64,000 bases of DNA from Podarcis bocagei (taxonomy: Eukaryota). The notes beneath the pieces are model-generated. The model was not told where the DNA came from. It made no database searches and saw only the letters and a list, made by a program, of their open reading frames with translations. The position numbers were made by a program, and so were the translations under genes. Positions 25,950 through 38,931 of this stretch are shown here, in pieces (position 1 is the stretch's first letter; each line of letters opens with the position of its first letter). The stretch is from the NCBI GenBank assembly GCA_964188305.1, contig OZ076886.1; one strand, written 5' to 3'.

Positions 25950-27832
25950 CAACTAAATAACAGTAGTACTGTACTGAATTGTAGTCAACTTTATTGTTCA
26001 CCCCAACTCCGGATAACTTGCAGATAAGTTAGATAGCGCCAGTTTCAAAGTCCTGTGTGGGACCTATCCAATTATTTTTTAACCACTGAATGATCCCTGT
26101 GAAAGCATATCACATTACCCATTTCTGTGAAATCATGAGGAGCTTTTATCAAAAGTTTTTTGGAAGTCCAGATATTGTTCATTGAAGTGATCTGATATCT
26201 AAATATAGTTGTGTTTCAAAGGGTTAAGATGAGTAAACTGATTCTTTCTCAACAAGGCTTATTCTGTTCTGTGTTTTCATTATTCTTGTTTTTAGCAATG
26301 CTTTCTACCAATGCAGCCTCCAGGAGGAGCTAAAGTGGTAGAGAACATTGTTAAAATCAAGAAGAAGAGCAGGGCACAACTCGCTTAAGTCAGAGGTGGA
26401 CCTGCAGTCCTCCAGATTTTTGATTCCAAATTCCACCATTGGCCACACTGGCTAGGGGTAATGATAGTTGTCATTGTGGCCTGCAAGATGGCCTGAAAGG
26501 CCATTGATTAGCCTCCCTCTGCTGCCCTAAATAAGCAAACATATCTTACAGAACTGGTGTTAGTACTTGTAACATGAGGACTGGAAACTTTATTTAAAAA
26601 ACAAACAAACACCAAAATTCTCTGGAATCCAGGACTCATGGCCTGCACCTGCCACAATTGGGTAATTTGATTATTTCCATAGTCAGAATGCACAAAATTG
26701 CTGATATGGGGCAGGGTGACGGGAGTTCTAATGAACTATAGTGTATGGCAGAGGGGTTTATGCAGATCATGAATGGGGGGGGGAATAGTACTTTTATATG
26801 TATATGGAAATGCTTGCGTCATTGAATTTAATGTCATGGGTCTGTGAAATCCCTCAGAGCAGTTAACTCCTGACTCCTCCACCCCCACACATCTGATCAG
26901 TAGTTTGTTCTTTCTTGTTGACTAGGCAACTCACGGCTTATTCATTGGTTCTAATTGTTTGTATTTCACTTTGAAAAATACAAATCAAGCTGGCTTATGA
27001 ATGAAATCAAACTACAGTAATAATGTTGCAATAAGTTAATACTGGAAACTCATCCCTCCCGTGAGGCAGATGGTGTCCATCGCCCCATATTGTGGGAATG
27101 AATTTTGTAAGGTAAGTGTGGCTTATGTGAGGAAGAACTGAACGTTGCTTTCTTCTGAATCTGCTGCCAGCCACATTGGGTGAAACAGGAAAAGAGGAAT
27201 CTCTTCTGCCAGCAGTATCTGATTTGTGGGTGGATGGTCACCAATGGATTTCACCCATGGTGCCATGTGTATTCATCTTTCAAGATAGTATATACACACA
27301 CACATATATTTACACAGTATACTCCATCAGGATACACACGCTGCAAGCATTTTCATTTCTGCACATAGAATTGTAAGGAAACAAACAAAAAACCCCACAA
27401 AGCTAAAGCTGAAGGAGATTTGGGGTCTTCCAATTTTTTTAACTGTGTCAGCTTTCTAGAAGCAACCTATACATATACTGAGATGCAACAGGCTGACACC
27501 TTTGAAATAGTTCAACAAGTTGACTAACCGTTCTAAAGATACTTTGTAACAAGTCCCTACAGAGATAGTATTTATGTTTTTATGCCAATACAGCATCTTT
27601 AAATCGGGACATTCCCAGTGCAAACGATAGCAATCTGCATTCGGGAGGGACTATTACCATTCTCATTTATCTAGAGACTAGAGATGAAGCATACTAATTC
27701 ACCTCAAGTCCATAAGCAGAAATGTGATGATGCTTTTAAATAATGAAATGTAGCCTTGCAAATAAATTACGAAGTCCTGTACAGAACCCAGCTGTCAATC
27801 ACACTATAAAGTCCGTTATTTTGTGAGCTTTT

Positions 27833-28532
27833 CATAGAATCATAGAATCATAGAATCATAGAATCATAGAATCATAGAGTTGGAAGAGACCACAAGGGCC
27901 ATCGAGTCCAACCCCCTGCCAAGCAGGAAACACCATCAGAGCACTCCTGACATATGGTTGTCAAGCCTCTGCTTAAAGACCTCCAAAGTAGGAGACTCCA
28001 CCACACTCCTTGGCAGCAAATTCCACTGTCGAACAGCTCTTACTGTCAGGAAGTTCTTCCGAATGTTTAGGTGGAATCTTCTTTCTTGTAGTTTGAATCC
28101 ATTGCTCCGTGTCCGCTTCTCTTGAGCAGCAGAAAACAACCTTTCTCCCTCCTCTATGTGACATCCTTTTATATATTTGAACATGGCTATCATATCACCC
28201 CTTAACCTCCTCTTCTCCAGGCTAAACATGCCCAGCTCCCTTAGCCGTTCCTCATAAGGCATCGTTTCCAGGCCTTTGACCATTTTGGTTGCCCTCCTCT
28301 GGACACGTTCCAGTTTGTCAGTGTCCTTCTTGAACTGTGGTGCCCAGAACTGGACACAGTACTCCAGGTGAGGTCTGACCAGAGCAGAATACAGTGGCAC
28401 TATTACTTCCCTTGATCTAGATGCTATACTCCTATTGATGCAGCCCAGAATTGCATTGGCTTTTTTAGCTGCCGCGTCACACTGTTGGCTCATGTCAAGT
28501 TTGTGGTCAACCATGTCAAGTTTGTGGTCAAC
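27833..28532 (-). mobile_element. Young 5'-truncated CR1 LINE (RT C-terminal ORF 27936-28553, about 200 aa uninterrupted)
   Basis: Classic CR1 ORF2 end ([15 protein letters not shown]...[20 protein letters not shown]...[11 protein letters not shown]). (ATTCTATG)n tail at 27833-27878. TSD AGCTTTT at 27826-27832 and 28535-28541. Confidence 0.96.
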
Positions 28533-29304
28533 CAAGCTTTTGTTGGGTCTCACAGCAGTATCTTTTTACTCTTTCCCTGAAGCTAAAGAAAAAAAGCTCT
28601 AACCTTGAAGCATTGATTTGCAGGAAAAGCCCTTCTCACTTTTAGGAGGAGAGAAGGCATCTTTCTTGAACTAATTTATTGTGCTGTCAACTTGGACGGT
28701 TTAAAAGGAGATTAGAGAAGTTCATTGAGTTTTTGGTCATCAATGGCTGCTTGTCATGATGGATATATATTTCCTCCCAGGTAGGCTTCCCAGAGGAATC
28801 ATTGGCTGCTATAGGGAACAGGCATCTGGTCTAGCACTGCTCTTATTATGTTCTTGTATCTACATACCCTTGAATGTGTTACTGATGAAGACAGTGGCAG
28901 GCTTGTAACACTCCTATTGAGGACTGTTTCCTGCCTCCACATTGTGTGTTGCTTTAATTTCTACTTCACCTGCTGTGCTCTGTATTCATGGACTGCAGCA
29001 ATCCTATCCTCTGATTTGAAAATCAGGAGGCTCTTTGTTCATTGGGTCAAAACAACACAGGGAAAATATTTTTTTCCCCAACAATGGCTTGTCAAAAGTT
29101 CAAAATATGCCTTGGCATCTGCAGTGCGTAGAAGCTATGCATTCTGAATTGAGAAATGAATCACAGTTGTCCTAGGAGAAGAGATTTCACAGAATCTTAA
29201 TGATGGAAGGGACTTCAGATGTCCTTATCTGTTGCTCTAGCATCTTTGATAGTTGCTCATCCAGCTTCTGCATAAAAACGCCAACAAAAGGGTATGCATT
29301 GCTT

Positions 29305-29365
29305 TCCATGTGGGATGTGATACATCCATGTGGGATGTGATACATTCCATGTGGGATGTGATACA
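29305..29365. repeat. 20-bp minisatellite, 3 copies (TCCATGTGGGATGTGATACA)
   Basis: Direct reading; one extra T between copies 2 and 3. Confidence 0.95.
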
Positions 29366-31015
29366 TAAGTAGCAGTCAAGTACATCATTCCTTGTTTTCC
29401 TAGAGTGAACATGCAGGGGAATGTTTGGTCCAGCCAGTTGAAAACTTCCTGTTTTCTCCTGGCTGGGACATACTTCCTTTGCATGTGACTAGAGGTGGGT
29501 GTGGCCTTACCTGCCCAGGTAACAAAAGAGACAAGGCACACAGCACACTCTCTCTCTTTGACTTCCTCCGCCGTTGGAGCAGCTTTTTAGCTAGCCAACA
29601 GAGGACACTGTGATTATCCCCATATGGGATAGCTCCAAATGTATATACTTTGTAACTAAGCCTGCCTTCAGGGATCCAACTGTGAACAGAATGTGAGTAA
29701 ACTACTATTATATAATTTACACAAGATTGTGATGAGTTCATTCTTTTAAGAGGGATATAAGGGAACTTGCCAGGAACCTAATAGTGAGAGGCTTACACAA
29801 GCCTGCAACCAGCTACCTGCTGTGTGTTTAAAAGGGGAATGGGAAAATCTGCTAAGTAAAGAAACTTGCTAGCACAAGTTAGGAAGGATATTAATAAACA
29901 TTATATCCTCTCCTGCTTCCCTGAACATTCCCACATTCCAGCCATGTCTAACTTGTCTCAGTGCCCATGGGGCATTTCAAGGAGGATAAAATTCTGGGTG
30001 GTAGCCCTATCCATACCTTGAACCAGGGGTAAAGGAGGAGCATGATCACTCAGCAAACTCTAGAAATTCCAGTGACCCTCGGGGATCATAATCCCTGATG
30101 CACTAAGCACTGAGTCATCTCCTTGCTTCCTGAGAGTCTGCAAGACTTAGTGACTTAGTGCATCCATACTGTACATTTAGAGCATTCTTACATGGTTCCC
30201 CCCAAAGAATCCTGGGAACTATAAAGGTGTTGGGCATTGTTAGGAGACCCTCACAGTGCCACAATTCCCTTTAACTATACTTCCCAGGATTCTTTAGGAG
30301 AAGCCATGCCTTTTGAAGTGGCATGAGAGTGCTTTGAATGTATTGTGTGGATGTGACTAGTGTGGCACCAGATGGGGACCCTACATTTCTGGATGAGGAG
30401 TAGGGTGCTGCCTTTCCCTGATTCTGCCTTTATCAGCTTAAAATGATAGTGCATTTGTCAGTGTATTTGTGGATCCTTGAATAGTGTTTTTGTTTTAAGA
30501 AATAGTATTTAAATGTACTTACCCCTCCTTTCTGTTCCCGTACTGATAATTTAATAGATATGTATATTATTCAGCATCAGCAAGCCTGTTCTAGTTTCAG
30601 ACACTTTCACTGGTCTGTTATCTATTTATGACACTTTCTTTCACACGGTTTGAACTGAAGTAAGGTTTGTATCAGCACACTAAATATCCCGGAGCTGTTC
30701 CTGCATCATTCAAGAAGAATGTGTGTGCACTTTTTAATGACGCCTGCTGACCTAGTTCTGTTCTCTGTTGACCCAGATTGCAGTATCCTAGCTGAACTCT
30801 CATTAGTTTGGTGCGTGATGAGCATCGTTAAATGATGCAGGATTAAATTTTGCAGCACAAGATGTGCATAGGGAGTTGAACACTCTGTGCATTAGATCTG
30901 AATGTTCCATCACTTTGGGCCTTTTTGCTCCCCAACCTAGTCAACTTGTGCTAATGGAGTAGATCTATTCATTTGTTTGTTTGTTTGTTTGTTCATTTTT
31001 GCTTGAAAACTGAGA

Positions 31016-31623
31016 TGTATGAACCAGAGTAAAATACTGGGTCGAGTGGGCAGGCATATACACCAAGAATCAGTAAGCAGGGTGCCTCTGAGCACATATT
31101 CAGACTGGGCATTAGTATTGCAGTACCAGAACCAAGTTTATACATTCTCTCTCACAAAAAACCCAGTCCTGGTTTTCTCCCAAATGTTCTTGTCAGGGAA
31201 CTGCCATCGAAGCCAGAGGGAGAGAGAGGGCTCCAGAGGGATTCCGGAGAGCGTCCCGGGAGGGAGAGAAGCAGCACATCTTCTGGGGAAGGAAATCAGC
31301 GTAACACCAGTGGAGAAGGGGGGCAGTTGGGGGAATCGGCGAGGTGGCTCCAAGACTCCTCGCCGGGAACCAGTGGGGAGAGCACGGGTCCTCCGATGCC
31401 CACACCCTCCCTGCGCAGAAGGCTTCCGCGCAGGGAAAGTAGGCGGAGACTAGGTGTCAAAGAGCTTCTTTGCTGGAAGAAGTTCAAGAAACACCCACTA
31501 ACGGATTCTGCCAGCGATTGAGACAGCCACGGGCGCGTGGCTGTCCAGACAGAAAGGGTTCATTCAGGCAACCAGCCAAGGGTGGCGTTGATTTACACAC
31601 AAGCAACCCCTAGAACCATTACA
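31016..31623 (+). mobile_element. Putative solo LTR-like repeat
   Basis: TGT...ACA termini, retained CpGs and a purine-rich interior encoding a low-complexity PTPSLRRRL-type pseudo-ORF. No TSD confirmed. Confidence 0.5.
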
Positions 31624-33461
31624 GTTCTTTATCGGCAACCTAATTTGAAAATAAAGGGCCTTTTAGCTGGTTGTTTCTGTCATTAGAAAAGTTAGAAACC
31701 CTTGAATCTACTGCAAGGCACCCACAGCCTTACTGGTGGATCTCATTTTACCTCTCTGTGTGTGTTTCATAATGGATTGCTACCTCCTATATTCTTCCTT
31801 AACTACACCATCTCATTCAAATAGCGATCTGGTAGTGAATGTGATGACGTCACAAAGCAAATCAGATTTGGCTACATGCCAATGCTGATTATGGCAAACC
31901 AGTTACATTGTTGTCGTTCTAAACCCCCGTCTCACCTGGAGTATCATTTGAGTGTATATCAGAGAGCACGTTTAGGCATGCATCCTTTGGAGAATATAGA
32001 TAGATTATCCACAATCAGGTGAATGGCCTGTGAATAGAAAGGCAGGGGAGCACAACCCTATTGAGTCTTCTTGCTCTCTCAATAGCACTTGATATCATTG
32101 ACCATGATGTTCAACCTGTTTTGGCTGAGACTGCATTCATCCGGAAAGAGTAGGTTTGCAGTTTGGGTGCGCTTTTAGATTCACTTCTGTCTCTACCAGT
32201 CCAGATGATTTTGCTGCCACTGTGCCATTCCTCAACAGGCATAGTCTGGTTACAGTGTTCCATAGTCTGGTAATACTTGGGGCTGCCCTTGAAGATTACT
32301 CAGAAGTTCAATTAGTTCAGAATTTGGCTGCCAGAATTTTAACTGGTTGTTGTTGTTGTTGTTGTTCCCAAATACTTGCAAGAATGCTTCTTCCACCATA
32401 CCAGCCTGTGTTGAGATCTTCAACAGGAGTTCATCTTTAAGTGGTAGTGTGCTCTGTAATAAGAAATGAGAGGTATTTGAATGCCTTCCCATAAAAGGTA
32501 CGCCTGGCTCCTACTTTGCAATCTTTTCAGCGCTAGGTTAAGACATTTGTATTTACCATGGCGTTTTAATTTGTATACTCACTCAGCTTGCTTTTGTCCT
32601 TTTTATCTGCTGCTTAAAAAAAATGTTATGGCTGCACATTGTTAGTGGTTTTTTTATTTGGTTTTAATTTTAGTACTCTGGTTTGTTGTACAATGCCCTG
32701 AAATCTGTTTTAATTAAGGATGGTACAGTATAGAAATATGTTAATTAAATTGTATATCCCAGCTCTTTTTTATTTCCCCCCTTTTTCTTTTTGCTGTGGT
32801 GTTTCCATAAAATCACAGACTCTTAGAGTTGGAAGGGACCCCAGGGGTCATCTAGTCTGACCCCCTGCAATGCAGGAATCCTAGCTAAAGCATCCATGAG
32901 AGATGGCCATCAAACCTCTGCTTAAAAACCTTTTGTTTTGCAGAAATGGAGAAATTTGCTCTGGCAATCAGGGTGCCGGTCCTTTCTCTACAAACACAAG
33001 CATAATGAAAGAACAGTGCTCAGCAGAGTATCATAAGGATCATATTTTGCTGTCATCTTATGCATATAGACCACTCCCAATATTTCAAGTCTTGGCTAAG
33101 ATTGATGTCTCCGTTAGGACTAATTATTGGTTAAAGCCAGTTCAGTTCAGGAAGAGCAAGGGAACTGGGGCAAAGGAAGGCAAGAGGATATACACTTGCA
33201 CCACCTGATCATAATCCCTTAACCAAGGTTAAAAATAATGGGAGCGTTTTATCAGTCATGAAAGTTGTAGCCTCTGACCAAGGCCATCCTATCTGGAAAA
33301 CCCCTGAAGTCCCAGTAACAGATGAACACTATTATCTCCCCCTTCTGTTAAATCCCTCTGGTTGTTCTAGCGTTCTTAAAGGATTTACACTGGGGATGCT
33401 AACCACCTGTTCCATTGTTTCAGGCACAGCTACCAGGAAACTGGAGTATTAAGCTGCACCC

Positions 33462-33594
33462 ATGGAAGGAAAGGGGCCTTATCGTATCTATGACCCGGGT
33501 GGGGGAACGGAAAAGGGAGCATCTGCTGCCTTTGAACGGCTGATGGAGGAAAATACCCGGCTGAAGGAGAAGATGCAGGGAATTAAGTCTCTAG
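33462..33594 (+). CDS. TNIP1: TNIP1 exon 2, first coding exon (MEGKGPYRIYDPGGG...GIKSL-G); exon begins at 33424
   Basis: Near-identical to the vertebrate TNIP1 N-terminus (MEGRGPYRIYDPGG...ENSRLKEKMQGIKMLG). Acceptor tttcag at 33423, donor G|GTAACG, phase 1. Confidence 0.97.
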
Positions 33595-34821
33595 GTAACG
33601 GTGAGGATGACATGGAAGCGGAAAAGCAAAAGTTACTCATTGTTGCTGTTTCCAGAATGCCCAGGTCTGCGACAAACTTCAAAGAAGCCGCTTTCTTGTG
33701 TACTTAGCAGGAAACCTCTAAAACCTCTGTGGCACCATAAAGGCATAGTTGTAGCAGCACGTGAGCTTCCACTGGGGATAGCCTACTAGTTTCACTGGTG
33801 GTGAGCATTAAAGGCCATGTCTGTGATTTGGACTTGCTGCCCCTTGTGTGCTAAAGTCTTTCTGGGGGTGCTCTCTGTGTTACTGCTGTTGCTCAAAAGG
33901 CCTTTGCCTCGTGTCTGCACGTTGTTCAAGAGACGTCCCAGGTGATGACTTACCGGCATTGCTCACACGTGGGCTGTGTGTGGGATATGGACCTTTTAAA
34001 ATATTGTGACAGCCAGTGGAAGATCTTAAGGGTTTTCAGTAACGCTGAACATCGTAAGTGTGAAAATTGTACACAGGTCCCGGATGTATGTAGTAGCATC
34101 ACATGAAGAATCTTTTACTGAACATAATCGTTTTCAGAGGCTGAGAAACAGTCCTGAATAGGTCAATGGGTTCCAACTCATCAGCGTTTCATTCCACAGA
34201 TGCACCTCTCTGTAGATAGGGTTTTGAATTGGAGGTATATATTAGGAATTTCTTTACTTCTATTAAAGTTTTTAGTTTTTTTAAAGGGGTAGTTCATATT
34301 ACCTAGCCTAAAGGAGAATTTTTTGTGCCTCCAAAAGCTTTCACCAATGCATATTAAACACCCATTGCTCTTTATTTCAAAGCCTTTTAAAATGAGATCT
34401 TGATAGCGATACATTTCTTAGCAAGCCCCAAATACTGGCATAAAATTTGAGCTTTGCACATGTGTGGCTGAGGTGCTCGCCAATAAGTAGACAAGGCAAA
34501 ACATTGCAGTTCAGCTGACTACTTTTTCCTACAGTTGGGAATATATCCATGCTTGTGCCTGCTCCCTAATCTATGCAAAAATTTATGTGGCTGCTATATA
34601 CATCATTCACAGTTCCATCCCCTGCCCCCCATGGCACAGAGATCTTCTCTGTGTAGTAAAAGTACTGTGTATAAAGCAGTCATTTGAACTGAAATGCAGT
34701 GGAGTTAGGCTAGAATTGCTAGAGTTTGGCTAGTTCTGATAACTATGCTGAACGTGCTGCTGTAAAGAAAGAACCTGCAAATACAAAGGAGTGTTAAATC
34801 GTGCCCTTGTTGTTTTGCCAG

Positions 34822-34944
34822 GGGATCTATTGGAAGAGTCTCAGTTAGAAGCCTCCAGGCTGCGTCAGAAAGTGGAGGACCTAGTGAAGGACAACGAAAT
34901 GCTAAGGTCCACCTCCTCTATTGACAAGCTTGCGGAAATGGCAG
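34822..34944 (+). CDS. TNIP1: TNIP1 exon 3 (DLLEESQLEASRLRQKVEDLVKDNEMLRSTSSIDKLAEMA)
   Basis: Matches human ELLEESQMEATRLRQKAEELVKDNELL. Boundaries ttgccag| and |gtatga, 123 nt, phase 1-1. Confidence 0.96.
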
Positions 34945-37106
34945 GTATGAGCATCAAAGGACCAACTGTTTAGCATGTCCCAGTAACTCGTTCTTTGGCA
35001 GACCTAGATTTTCACTGCGTGTGTGTGTGTTGCATTTAAGTGAATTACAAGTTGGAAGGAAGAGTAATAAGCCTCCAGTGCTGCTGTCGGCTGTCTTGCG
35101 TTAAGTGTAAAAATCCCTTTCAAAAAATATACATGCTGATATCACTGGGCCATCTATGCAGCCAACCTGCGTCTTCAGGTCTGCAGCCTGAATCTGTGTC
35201 ACTTCAGTTCCTAGGGGTGTTCAGCTCGTGCAACAGACTTCACAGTAGAACTTGCACCTCTCCTCTCCCCTGCAGCCCCCGTGCACATTCAAAATCTTCT
35301 GCAGCGGGTTGTGGAACCCTCCAGAGCAGATTCTGTGGATGCTTGGCGAGAGGAGAGGAAGGGGAGGTTCCATTGTGTGGGTAGAACTCCATTTGCATGG
35401 TTTTAGCTACAGCCCAGCCTCCTTGGATTGAATCAGTCCTGTCTTGTTGCATGCTACTTTCTGGGCAGGTTGTGCATATGCAAAAATAAATCAAACAGCC
35501 TTTAGACGGTGGAACTTGAGGGAAGTTTTGGCCGTGCTTTTTGCTCATGTTCACTGCTGCTCCCCTCCCTGAGAAAAACATGAAATCAAATGACCAGTAA
35601 CCAAAGGTTTTGAATACATTTTTGCTTCTGCAGCAAAACTCTTCCTTCCACACCCCTGCCCTGAAACACTTTATTCTTCTTTGAAGGTTGTGTGGTTTAG
35701 GGGGCAGCTCACTCCCTACACTTTTGCACGCAGAAGGTCCCAGGAATAATCCTTTCCATCTTCAGGCAGGTGATGGGGCAGGACCTCATTCTGTCTGAGA
35801 CCCTGGAGAAGTGCTGCCAGTCAGAATAGACAGTAGAGGGCTAGGTAGACACATATGCCTTGGTTTGAGCCAGCTTCCTAGACACCCCCCTGTCCCGGTG
35901 TGTTTTCTTTTTGGGTCTCAAAAAATCATGATTGCTTCCAGGTGACTGATTTTATCGAGCATTCATTCCTGTTTGTTGGTAGGGAGATCCATCTTCTGGG
36001 GGAGAGTGGGTTTGTTGTGCAAAACCTCCCCTCCAACTGTAATTGCACAACCTGGGTTTACTGGTCTGCGATTGAGTCCCACCTGATACTAGCAAAGTCC
36101 GGGTGTAAATATGTGCATGCCACACACATTGCACACATATCCCCAATTCAGGGCGAGGTCAGCTGACTTGGGTGGTAGAATTTTTCATACCAAAGAGCAG
36201 CCAATGGTCAATTACTTGATTTATTTGTTTAGACCACTATTGGGGGTGCTACTTAGAGGGAGCTTACTGGTCTTGGACTTAGTGGGAGTCTTGCAGTGTA
36301 CCTGGGATCACACATTTGATAGATCTGAGTGTGAAAGCCCTGAGAGCAGCTTCCTTTAACCTTAGAAAAGGTGACTGTCTTTCTGATATGCACCATATCA
36401 TTCTAATATGGCACATTCTCACCTTCATCAACCTGTTGCTGCCTGGAGCTAATGAAGCTTGTAGTCCAAAACATCTGCAGTGTGCCAGGTTGGCAAAGGC
36501 TGATGCAGTGCACTTTTAAAAAAGGTGACTGTTCTGTTCTCCCACCTACCACCCCTCTTGAGAACTAGATGGGCTTCAAATGGAAAAGCTGAGGGGTGAT
36601 TTTTGATCTTTCAGTATTACCGTATGCTGAGCCCAGGAGGAAAGAGGGAAATTCCAGCTGACACTCATCAAAGGCCATTTATACACATTTGCATCGCACA
36701 CCAAACATTGCCGCCTCTATGCCCCCAGAGACCAGCTACTGGTTCTTGCACGGGGAAGGTGGGGCTTGACGTGGGGGGAGTGTGCGTGTAATTTATACAT
36801 GGGGACTTAAAACAAGATGGAAAAGGGCAAGTACTGTTCCTTGTAGACTCTCTGGTGTGTGTTTTAAAATTTGTCATAAAATGGATTTGTTTTAGGCAGG
36901 TAATAGCTGCTACCAGCCCTCCTGCTCTTGAACCTGTTTCCTGTTAATGCAGAATGGGAGATCTCTATCCTGCCTAGCAACCTGTTTTCTCCTTTCCCCA
37001 ACTTTCCCTTTTCTTCTTTGTACTTTTGCTGCTGTTGTTTCTGTTGGCAGAGTTGGATCTCTGAGGTGAGAAATGTTCACGTGCTTCTTTTCTCTTTTCC
37101 CCCCAG

Positions 37107-37195
37107 GAGGAATCCCAGATCTTTGCTCTTCCTCAGAGGTTCCAGGTGAAGATCAGAAGGAGATGGAAAAACCCACACAGAAGCCACCCAGCAGT
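37107..37195 (+). CDS. TNIP1: TNIP1 exon 4 (GGIPDLCSSSEVPGEDQKEMEKPTQKPPSS)
   Basis: Strong pyrimidine tract and cag acceptor, |gtaaga donor. Ends in conserved QKPPSS. 89 nt, phase 1-0. Confidence 0.92.
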
Positions 37196-37227
37196 GTAAG
37201 AAATCAGACTTTAAATAGCCAAGGCTA

Positions 37228-37243
37228 AATAATAATAATAATA

Positions 37244-37288
<45 letters not shown>
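37228..37288. repeat. (AAT)n microsatellite just downstream of exon 4
   Basis: Direct reading. Confidence 0.97.
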
Positions 37289-37290
<2 letters not shown>

Positions 37291-38931
37291 TTAAAGCTGC
37301 AAGCCCTGCTAGACAGACACAGGAGTAAGTCCCAATGAATTCAGCGGCAAGTATTTCCGAGTATGTATAGAACTAGGCTGCGAGAATGGTAAACACATTG
37401 TAAATGCAGTGAGGGTAATGATATCAGAATGACTTTTTCTTCCAGTCAACTACTCAGGTTTGAGGACTCTGGCATTTTTAGTCTGTCCATGTAACTGGAA
37501 GGAGGTTTCTGAACTAGAAGAATGCTGCATAGCACTTTTAATGAGCCACATGCTCTACAGTAAAGTTGATCATCCCAACTACTTTGGGAGGTGCTTTCTA
37601 TTTTGAAGAACTGGAGCTGAAAGAGCACTCTTCTTTTAAACCGCCCTGTGATAGTCATTGAGGTCCAAGGCTGGTGCTTTTATTCCTGACCCAAGATACA
37701 ACTATTTAAGTATTGTGAGGCTGCGGGGAGAGTCCATTCCATGGTTCAGTGTCTGATCCCAAACTGCCTGGCTTTGTTGAGTGCCACTTAACTACAAAGA
37801 GATGTCTCTTAGATTGTTTCTGAGAGGTAGCTGCCTTATGCCGTTGGCATATCTTATTCACCATGGCCTACACTGATGCCAGCAGCTCTCCAGGGCTTCA
37901 GGAAACAACTTTTCTGAGCCCTTCCTGCAGACACCAGGGATTGAACCTGGGATCTTTTGCATGTGAGGCAAATCCTCTGCTGCCAAGCTCCAGCCCTTCA
38001 CATAAAACTGTTGTAGTTTTGAAGACTGTATTATTTGAGAAAACATGTAGCCCTGTTTCATTCTGTATCACGGACAGTTACAGATTGCTGTAGTTTCTAA
38101 TAGTTATTAGGTAGATTTTGATCTCGCTACGCCTCCAGTTTGGTGTGTAAGATGCTATCTTCCTTTCCCACATGACCTTTTTAGATCAAAGAAATAAGCA
38201 ACATTTGGAAACAGCTCCATCCAGTGAAAGATGCAGTCCCACTCCCCTCTGACTTTGAATGCATTGCCTCTTGCTAACGGAATTGGAGCCCACAGAGGGT
38301 CCCTGAGAAACATTAGAGAGTTATTGGTGCACTCAGAGAAGCACAGAGATTTGCAGAACCACAAACAAAATAAAAAAGCAAACAAAACTGCAAAGGAGCC
38401 CAGCAAAGACTAGATTGACCTCCAGGAGCTCAGGAAAGTTGAGGATTAGGTGGGAAAGACTTAACAGAAAAGCAAAGACCTGCTTGAACCCTTGACAGCC
38501 TATATTATCATGGAGGAAGGCATAATTGGAACAGTGTATATAAAGGTATATTCAACCTTACCAGACCCAGGACCCACTTTTGACCCAAACATGCATTTGG
38601 GGACCCATTTCTTAATCTTTTATTGCATATTTGCATAGTGGTGGTGCTTCCTGTTGCGACTTATCTTGGATCAGGCAGCAACCCACCTTTTGAATATCAG
38701 TATGCTGGGAGGTGAGGATTTATGGCAATATTTTGTTGCAGGTTTTTTGCTTTTTTATCCTGTTTCTAAGTAAGCAGGACACCATATATTTGTTTGTTTG
38801 TTTTTTAAACACATTCAGTAGACAGCGGGGAAACCCAAATTACTCATTTAATCCCTACTCTGTTTTTTTCCTGTAAGGGGCCCATTGGAATTTGGGGTAT
38901 ATAACTCTACATTCATTCATTTTCTCTACAG

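Noticed and set aside
27936-28553. 205-aa antisense ORF as a nested gene
   Set aside because: C-terminal part of CR1 ORF2 only; the listed start is a non-ATG codon in flanking DNA.
29305-29365. Direct repeats resembling a CRISPR array
   Set aside because: Head-to-tail with no spacers, in a vertebrate intron; an ordinary minisatellite.
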